Part shown: in pieces, positions 55,901 through 64,000 of the stretch
How positions within the stretch are numbered: the first letter of the stretch is position 1
Layout: every line of letters starts with the position of its first letter
IMG/VR virus record: IMGVR_UViG_3300019371_000265
Coordinates: 1-64,000 of that record
Strand: one strand, 5' to 3'
Length of the DNA: 64,000 bases
DNA from: a virus
Lineage: Duplodnaviria; Caudoviricetes
The notes under the pieces: model-generated
Database searches by the model: none
What the model was told of the DNA's origin: nothing
What the model saw: the letters and a program-made list of their open reading frames with translations, nothing else
Translations under genes and position numbers: made by a program

Positions 55901-57158
55901 TTAAAATTACAATTTCACAGTGTATCAATATAGTTGTGCATACGTTCCTTCACTTCATCTATTTGATCGCTTAATTCTTTAAGTGGCTGTTGTTTTGCCT
56001 CTTCTGAAATTTCCATTCTTTTAATAATATTGATATCAGTTTTAATAGTGTCATACTCAAACTTTAATGATTCGAATGTATTTCTCTTTTGATTATCGTA
56101 ATTACAAAGGCATTTTGGATTCATATTATATTCCTCTCTGACTTAAAAGTCCGTAAAACTTACTATTGAGTGTGTTTTATCATTTTTACGGTTCCTTAAA
56201 CTAATAGCAATGCTTCTCTTCTGTTTGTGTCTTTGAGATTGTGAAAATTCGGCTTCATATTGCCTATATAAGTTGAACCAATCGGAGCAGTACAATAACC
56301 TAAATTAATCCAGCCTTCTGGCATTTCCGTCATAACTTCGATTTTTCTTTTTTCTGCAAATTCCCTAACTTTTCTAACCTTTTCTTCTGTAGCTGTTTCA
56401 CCTACGGCACTGGAGAATAATCTAAATGTTTCATCAATTAATTTTTCCTTGTTTTCTTCAGTTGCTTCATACATCCAGTCAAAATTTATAACTGCTCTTT
56501 TGCCATCATCGGAACGCTTACTTTGAGGATTGTACATAATCCAACATCTTCCTTCTGTATCTGTTACATAGGTTGAAATACACCAATATGTTTCTAATAC
56601 TTTGTCGGTCATTCCAGATTTATACCATAATACAGGGAGTGCGTGACTTCCTCCACAATTGGTACACAATGATAGTTCAATTGTAAGTGTTTCACCTTTA
56701 GCGTTTGGTTCTGCAAATTTATACCACCATACTTTTTCCGCTGACTGTTCAACCGTGTATTCTTTTCTCATGATAATTACCTCCATTTAATTTAATTGGT
56801 TTATTCCCACTATAAAAGCCACTAGAAACTTGTTCTAATGGCTTCAAACTGTTAATCAAAGTACTATTTGACCGTAATTATGTTATATTACGCAGACACC
56901 ATATAAACGAAGCTGAATTCCGTTTATTTTGATATCGATGTCTAATAAATCATCTTCTGTTTTAGAAATATAATTTATTAAATATTCAAATTGATTCCTA
57001 TAAATATCTGCTATATCTTCTTGATCCTGAGTAATGTGTTTCCGGTAAGAGTCTCCAACAATTCGGTCAATACAATCTCTCTTTTTAATTGCCAGATTTA
57101 TTTTTCTTGCTAACTTATTGTGCTGTGTAATAAGTGTTCTCAATTCTTTTTCGTTCAT
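52946..57158 (-). other. Run of small hypothetical early genes
   Basis: ORF track; nearly every junction carries repeat A. Confidence 0.7.
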
Positions 57159-57224
57159 TGCTTAACGCCTCCTTGTTTTTAATATAAAAGGCTCACACCC
57201 TATGAAAAGTATAAGCCCTGTTTA

Positions 57225-58013
57225 TTATTCACTATATGACCATTTCTGGACGTATTTCACCGCACCATCATATGCCGCTGGATTTAAGTCTTGCCAATGA
57301 CTACCACACTCAAAACGTGCTTTTAAGCCGTTCCATAAGTTAATGAAGTACATTCTTGAATTGTCTTTGTATTCCTGTGAATGTGCACCACCCAAAAGGA
57401 ATCCGACTCTATCTTTTGCAAGACGGTGAATTTTGTTCTGCTGAACCGTTGTGAGCGTCATGTTTGACATTACTTTGTCAAGCCGTGTTTTCGTCTGTTC
57501 GAATATTTCAAGCTGTTTTTCAATCATGGATTCCATGTTATTGATTTGAACGCCTTGTACTTTTACAATATCCTGCAATTTTGCAATCTGTCCGGATATT
57601 CCCATTTTGTCATAAAATTCTTGTTTCTTCTCTTCTGTTCCCATGAAATGCTCATGTAGAACCTTTTGTGCTTCCATTTGATAACGAATCAGTTTATTAT
57701 AAGCCTCTGGCTGTTCTTCTTCCATTCTATCTGTTAGCGTGATTTTAGCTAGCCATAAAGTAACAACCTGTTCTTTAATGAAAATCTGATCTCGACTTAC
57801 ATCTCTGTTTCCTTCTTTTTGAACAATCGCCAATGAGCGACAGTTGGATTTCAAAAGTTTTTCCTTTTGAATATTTTCGACCTGCTTTCTTGCCTGACCT
57901 TCAGATAATCCTAAGTCTAAACAAGTTTTCTTTACCGCAAGCCACACCTGACCATCTTCGTCCATCACTCCAAGTAATGTGTCTTCATAAAATTGGATTT
58001 CTTTTACTTCCAT
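57225..58013 (-). CDS. Antirepressor (P22_AR_N-like N-domain, ORF6C-like C-domain)
   Basis: IQFYEDTL..VWLAVKKTCLDLGL..LWLAKI..YQMEA; LKARFEC..WQDL..YDGAVKYVQKW. Confidence 0.8.
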   Translation of the reverse strand: MEVKEIQFYEDTLLGVMDEDGQVWLAVKKTCLDLGLSEGQARKQVENIQKEKLLKSNCRSLAIVQKEGNRDVSRDQIFIKEQVVTLWLAKITLTDRMEEEQPEAYNKLIRYQMEAQKVLHEHFMGTEEKKQEFYDKMGISGQIAKLQDIVKVQGVQINNMESMIEKQLEIFEQTKTRLDKVMSNMTLTTVQQNKIHRLAKDRVGFLLGGAHSQEYKDNSRMYFINLWNGLKARFECGSHWQDLNPAAYDGAVKYVQKWSYSE

Positions 58014-58180
58014 TCTTACAATCTCCTTTTAAATTTTATTTGTCAATGGCATTATATATGGGTTTTATCACCATATCTGCACGCATACCATCAAGAGCAT
58101 TTCAGCCCATCACGTCAACCGTTTCGGTGTGTCAACCTTTTATGTGATTTTCAGTGTGCAATTTTGTAAGGGATTTCCGA

Positions 58181-58286
58181 TTGACTTAATTCAGAGAATT
58201 GATATAATAGAAGTAAGTCAACGTGTTAAACGTTTGGCGGCGTGGATAGCGGTTTCTGTTCTTGGTCGGATGGAACCGCTATTTTT
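58181..58286 (+). ncRNA. Candidate antisense sRNA (promoter plus terminator) in the antirepressor leader
   Basis: TTGACT (58181)-16-TATAAT (58203) with TG extension; terminator ATAGCGGTTTC..GGAACCGCTAT-TTTT 58246-58286. Confidence 0.55.
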
Positions 58287-58470
58287 AATCCTTATCCTGC
58301 TGAGATATTTTGTAAGAAATTTCTTTCTTAATTTGAATGTCTCCACTTGAAAAACCTTCCATCAATGTTTCCAATGCTTCATTGATTTTAAAGCCTTGTT
58401 CCTTACAAGCGGTTTTAAATTCTTCTTGTATTGTTTCTTCAACAGGAGTTGCAAAAGTTTTTCTCGCCAT
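58285..58470 (-). CDS. Ribbon-helix-helix (Arc/CopG-like) protein
   Basis: MARKTFATPVEETIQEEFKTACKEQGFKINEALETLM; promoter TTGACA-17-TATAAT at 58523-58495. Confidence 0.7.
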   Translation of the reverse strand: MARKTFATPVEETIQEEFKTACKEQGFKINEALETLMEGFSSGDIQIKKEISYKISQQDKD

Positions 58471-58572
58471 TGCTATATCTCCTTTACATTTACTATTATA
58501 TATCATATATACTAATTTGTCAATTAGCTTTTTGCATTTTTTATAATTATTTTTCTATGTAAAATATTGATT

Positions 58573-61500
58573 TTACTTGCTTAATTCTAATATATTTCTT
58601 TGTTGCAAAAAGTACTGTTTTTCTTCTTCTGATATCTTATAAGATCCACTGTATCCGTCTGTTATTACATCGTAATATTGAATAGGATCAAATAGATTTG
58701 TATTAGTATTCCTACTTTGTTTTTGTTTAATGTAAAAGTCGCTTGTTGCAACAAAATAATCAAGTGCATACTTCACAGTAACACCTTCTATAAACCATTT
58801 TGAGTGTACAAAACGTTTATCTAAAAAACACTTTTTCATTGTCATTTTACCTCCCATTTCTCGAAAACATAACCGTTATCTTCCAAAAATTTTTCTGCAT
58901 CGGATTTTTTATTGAACGATTTGCTAAATGTAAATGGTTTATCAGATGCTAGATAGCCTACGACTTTTTCGTTCTCATTTAAAAAATATACACTATACGA
59001 AACATTGTACAGTGCTTTGTGAGTTATGTTTGATTTACCAGAATATACCTTCCCTTTTCTTGTTGCTATTATCCTTCCAAATATCACTTTGAAAACCCTC
59101 CATTAAAAATACGGTGAAATTGATAGATTAATTATATGCTCATAAAATATAACGGTCAAAGAATAGTTCTACTGCCATTATCCAAAAGTGTAATTTTTCT
59201 CAAAATCAATTGTAAAATTTAATGTAATATCATTTCTTTCAATTTGGTGTTCTTTTACTTCACTGATAAAAGTTATTTCCGTTTCAGGATTCATACTGTT
59301 TTTAAAAATCTCCATAGCTTCCTGTTTTGTGATTGCTTTAATATATAGCCAACGGTTTCTATCATTGTATATATAGTAAACCCTATATATATTCATATTT
59401 AGTCCTCCATAACTTTAATTAATTTATAGGTGCAATTAATAAATGTGAAACCATTATCAAAATATTTTATGCTATTTTCGTTCTGTTCTGATATGTCTAA
59501 GGTTGCCGTTTGTGTTCCGTCAAAGAATACAATATTATGTGTATTTACTTTGTGTAACACTCTTGAAAACGTTCCGTCATTCAGGCTGTTTGTGCGGGTT
59601 AATTCAAATATTGCCTTACCTTGTAACTGTCTTAACTGCTTTTTTAATTCTTTAAAATTAGTTGCATTTATGAATACCTTCATTGTTTCTCCCCCTCCGT
59701 CAAATAATCGATTGATAGTGTTCTATAATGCTAAATCAGTCTACAGCCTGTGACAGCCATAGACCGAAAATCTAAGCTACATTCTCACATTGACTTCTTA
59801 TTACTTTTTTCCCATTACCGTTTGACTCCATTCTTACTGGGAGAATGCAACAAATCCCAATTGATGTTTGAATGAAAATAGGACTTGTTTCTTTTCCGGA
59901 GTAATAGATTTCAGCTTCTTCCCCATCATTGATAATACTAAAAGCCTGTTCTAAAATTCCAAACTTAAAATATGCGTTTTCAAAATACCACACATATGAA
60001 AAATCATTTCCAGATCCGACTTCCTTCTTATTGAATTTATAGCCTTGGCTTTTTGCTTCTGCTAAAACTGTATTGAGATTTATCATTTTATTTTTATATC
60101 CAGAATAAGAAAGAAGTTTGTCAACTTTGTAATAGTTGTCATTCGAATTATCATACTCGGCAATTTCCCCGATAGATTCTTTTGTTAAGGCGATAGAATA
60201 TCCATCAATAAATGAGTAATAATCCTCGCCTTGATAATTTATCTTACAAGGTTTCTGTAAAGATTCGTTGGTATTTTCTTGAAACTTGAAATATTTCTTC
60301 ATGGCTGCATAGCGCTTTTTTGCATCAGGAATAGTTTTTATTCCATCTTGAAATATTTCATCCTGAAGCATGGTTTTTAGTTCTTCCGTTTTACCACTGT
60401 TTAGCATTTCTAATATTTTTGTGTTCTGCATTTATATATCCTCCATAATTTAATTTGTTTTACTAAAATAGGCTTATATCCTGTGACGGATACAAGCCCG
60501 TAAAATTCGGTTTTTATCTGATATTCACCGATACCCATCTTTTTGCAGAAGCTAATGATTTGCAAGTTTTTACAATTATTATTGAACTATCATTTTCTCC
60601 TTTGTCATATTCTATTTCAAATCCATCATTCGATTCTGATATCCAGACGTATTTACCATATCTTTCACTATTAATTTCTTTTACCCAACTAGTAGGTGTT
60701 CCCCATTCAGTATCACAATCGTGAACTATTTCCCATGTTTTTTTCATTCTGATTCCTCCTCATAAAATGGATATTTTAAGCCACGTTTTTTATCATGTTG
60801 GAATATTCCGTATTATCCCATGTAAACGTACAATTTTTATACACGTCTTCCATGTCGATTTTCATTGCATCAAAACTTGTATAGCGTATGCATTTTCTAA
60901 TACCATAAGCAGTTATATAATCCATTGTACCGCCCTGAACGCTGTATAACTCTTTACTATAAATATAACCAAAGCAGTCACGATCCACTTTAAAGCTTGC
61001 GTAATGTGGCTTTCCGTTAACTGTTCCAATTTTTATTAATTTTTCCATGTTTTAAATCCTCCTTACCTTTCCCAATAATATCCAGATCCGTCCAATAAAG
61101 TAATTTGTACACCCTCTGTGTCTGCCTGAATATCTGCAACCTGATTCATGTCAACCATGTCTCTGTTACCAAATCTACCAAATAAAAAAGCACTTATAAC
61201 AAGTGCGGTTGTAATGATCGCATATTTGATTTTTCTCATTGCCATATCCTCCGTTTAAAAGTTAAGAATCGTACCGCTTCTGTGTAACTCCTGCAAACCC
61301 GTATAACCCGTTTCTGCGTTCTCAAATACCAATGTTTTAGAACTGATTTTAAAGTTTGGCGATATGCTGTTTAATACTTTACTACAAGTCTTCGCTGACA
61401 ACGTAGGCATGTTGCGGAAGTAGAAACTTGACTCGTATGTATCCCTTGCGTTGTACGTGCCGATTAACTGCTTCTTACCTATTGTGTAGATATTTACCTT

Positions 61501-61743
61501 CATAACTGCACCTTCTTTCATGGATATTTATACGTTTTATTGAATATTTACACTTGTAAGTATGTCATACATCAAATTATAATCTTTCATGCTTATATAT
61601 CCTTTATCTAAAGCCATTTCAATTTCACAGAAAAGAACGTTAAAATCCTCTTTTCTTGCATTGTTTACCGCCTTAACAAGTTCATTTTTGTATCCTGCTA
61701 TCACCATTTCAATTCTTTTTTCTACACATCTTGCCTTTATCAT
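58573..61743 (-). other. Run of small hypothetical early genes
   Basis: ORF track with RBS. Confidence 0.7.
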
Positions 61744-61764
61744 TGTAAAATCCTCCTTGCTTTA

Positions 61765-62520
61765 TTAAGTACTCATACGAACAATAAACCAATGATTCCA
61801 AAAATAAGAAATTCACTACATATTAAAGATTGTGTAGCAGAGCCTCTCCTGATGAGTAGTTGCCAAGAGCCTTAATCATTGTTCCTTCCATACGTCTTAG
61901 ATATGTTTGGTCTATATATTTTCTCGCATGATAAATAATAAAATCGTGTTACTGTCTGCCGTTTTATATTGGTTGCCTATGACTCATAGGACTGTTACGG
62001 TTGTTCGTTCTGTTTTGGAATTACCCATAGACTGTATGGGATTTTAGAAGTGTTTCGTTCAGGAATGTGCTAGCACCTTCACTAGAAGTGTTTTATATAT
62101 TTGTATCCCGCTTTGTCGCTACCTCTTCAGTCTGTCAGTCTGAAGCCTTATAGCGGTTTTGACTATGTAAGTATAGTCCGTCTGACATTTTACCCGTCCA
62201 TTTTCCGTTATGAGTAAGGTGTGTCAACCTACAACTTTTTCTGGCAAGTTGCCTGACTCCTATTTTGTTCAACTGCCCCATATGGACACACGTTGAACTT
62301 TAGGAAGTCAACCTTTATGATACACATACTTTTTAGGATTTATTTATCTGACCTCATATCCCTCTGCCCTTGCGTAGCTATTGTTAGGGTAATGGCTGAT
62401 ATTACACCAATAAACCTGTAACATAGGTAACACTACTCCAATTACTCCAGATAATACCGTTATTACATATGTGTATTGTCATTGTGCTTGTCGTGCCGTT
62501 CAATCAGGGATTACATGTGG
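61765..62520 (-). ncRNA. Candidate large structured non-coding RNA or leader
   Basis: No ORF of 60 aa or more in any frame; many nested inverted repeats. Confidence 0.45.
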
Positions 62521-62640
62521 GAACAAATGTTTCGGATTGAGTTTCCGGTGAAATGTGATAGAATGATTTTGACGTTATCTATACGCTTCACATTTGTTCT
62601 GGGAGTGGCAGGAAGTTTGAGGCTTCCCGCCGTTTGGTGA

Positions 62641-62742
62641 TTAACTTATGTATTCCAGATACTCGGATTCCGTTGCAAATAGTTGGTAGCTGTTATTGAC
62701 GTAACCCATGTAACCGGAAGCAACATAGTAGCCTTTAGGCAT
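62641..62742 (-). CDS. 33-aa phage peptide MPKGYYVASGYMGYVNNSYQLFATESEYLEYIS
   Basis: GGAGGTG RBS; resembles a recurrent Clostridial phage micropeptide. Confidence 0.65.
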   Translation of the reverse strand: MPKGYYVASGYMGYVNNSYQLFATESEYLEYIS

Positions 62743-62890
62743 TCATATCACCTCCCATATGTAATTTTGGTTGAGTCTGACAGTTGGTAGCTGTTGGACT
62801 CTTTTCCGTTCTATGGTGGAAACAAGCGTTTCACTTGTTGATTGGTCTATTTGCTTTGATGCTACAGGCTCGCCCTGATAGACCGTTATT

Positions 62891-63049
62891 TCATTCTTCC
62901 CAAATACCGCTTATACTGTCTATGGTGTAGCCTTTCTTTTTGAAATGAGATTGCACCTTCTTTTGCGTACACTCTTGGCTACAGTAAAACCTATGATACG
63001 TTGGCTCACCTTCTGAAACAGTTGTCACTGTGTAATAATATCTTGTCAT
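62891..63049 (-). CDS. 52-aa hypothetical protein
   Basis: GGAGG RBS; MTRYYYTV..GIWEE. Confidence 0.55.
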   Translation of the reverse strand: MTRYYYTVTTVSEGEPTYHRFYCSQECTQKKVQSHFKKKGYTIDSISGIWEE

Positions 63050-63132
63050 TTTAAATCCCTCCTTATTTAATTTGTAATAGCCTGTGTGGGAATTGCACCC
63101 ACCCCCATGATGTTCTACGGGTAAGACTTGAG

Positions 63133-63538
63133 TTAAGGCTTAATGTTTAGGTATGGCTTAATGTTGATTGTGTCGGAAATGTCGGACAGTTTGGAACAAA
63201 GAACGTTTTCTATTTCCTCATTGATGTTTACAGGAAATGCGAGTGATTTGAATACCTTCTTGCACTTCTTTACAATCTCGTCTTGGATTGCTTGCGGTAG
63301 CTGACATACGTATACTGCCATGATGGAAACCTCCTTAACATGTTTTTAAAAACACTCTTTCGGAAAATTTGTATTTTCCTGTTTCGTCGTTTAAAGGATA
63401 GTAAAACACTTGACATTCCCCGTCTGTTTCAATTAATCGCTTACGTGCAATTTTCTTAATCTCATTAAGGCTGTCGGCATAACCTAGAGTTTCTTTCCCG
63501 TCATATAAATCTACGACCTTAAATTTCTTATTTTCCAT
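63133..63538 (-). other. Two small hypothetical genes
   Basis: ORFs 63133-63321 and 63335-63538 with GGAGG RBS. Confidence 0.65.
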
Positions 63539-64000
63539 ATGCAATCCTCCTTTAATAAGTGATTGTGAAAATAAATAATCAACACCTATGTAGCAATCGC
63601 CACCTTTTAGCCTCAACCTAAATGACACAATGATTTAGGAATGCAAATTTTAAATACAAGATTTTGTATTTACGTCCTAGCAGTTTATAAGGCTTCACCG
63701 TCCGCAAGTTTCATATTGATTATTTAATTTTGAAATGCCTAGTCAGGACTTGACACCTGACTGAACGTTTGGCGTTTAGGCTTGTAGTTCTATTCAACAA
63801 TTTCTGTAAAATAATTTTCCAGTACAACTTTATCGCCTATTTGTAATTGGTCTTTGCTTACTGTTGAAATACCTCTAACAGAATTATCTTTCTTGCTGAA
63901 TGTATTAGATTCCATTTCCATAATTTCATTAATAGTAATTGTCCTCATATGATTACCGCCTTTCGATTGACTTGTTTGTGTGTATTTGTATCTCTTAACT

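Larger units (their letters stand above)
5980..60779. repeat. Dispersed family of about 55 junction palindromes RTMRA-N8-TYKAY (repeat A)
   Basis: 18-bp sites listed in the findings; at gene boundaries, 17 with the stop codon in identical register. Confidence 0.8.

Noticed and set aside
5980-60779. Repeat A read as -35 boxes (TTGACR) of promoters
   Set aside because: The RBS usually follows within about 5-15 nt, leaving no room for a -10 box and start site for the adjacent gene, and the motif has a second inverted arm.
60-60949. Plus-strand ORFs in the ORF track
   Set aside because: They are antisense shadows of minus-strand genes with no RBS and no recognisable motifs.
63079-63781. Additional canonical tRNA genes
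   Set aside because: Only T-arm and acceptor-like parts are present, with no proper D and anticodon arms.

Overview
This is an AT-rich 64 kb segment of a large, probably temperate, Firmicutes (Clostridia/Lachnospiraceae-like) phage or prophage with SPbeta-like organisation. Essentially every real gene lies on the minus strand. The left part (1-24 kb) holds nucleotide-metabolism and replication genes: SleB-like hydrolase, dUTPase, nrdG, nrdD split by a group I intron carrying a frameshifted HNH-AP2 gene, NrdH, ThyX-like, HPr-like, NAD ligase, HD nuclease, ERCC4, DnaE, Fe-S PD-(D/E)XK nuclease, primase, DnaB, SSB and Sak3. The right part (24-64 kb) is a long array of small accessory genes with RtcB, a HAD phosphatase, three antirepressor-family genes, a radical SAM gene, tRNA-Gln, a recombinase-MazF-MrpR-like triad, DUF262 and DenV. 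The most notable structure not explained by the ORF track: (1) about 55 copies, found by eye, of a degenerate palindrome GTCAA-N8-TTGAC at gene junctions, with the upstream stop codon fixed in one arm in 17 cases, which suggests a recombinase-driven gene-cassette array; (2) an unannotated 30-aa GHC-repeat peptide coupled to the radical SAM gene (candidate phage RiPP cassette); (3) a second operator-like repeat flanking sigmaA promoters; (4) three tandem NrdR-box pairs; (5) several candidate antisense sRNAs and a ~750 nt hairpin-dense non-coding region. All protein calls are by motif recognition; no searches were run.
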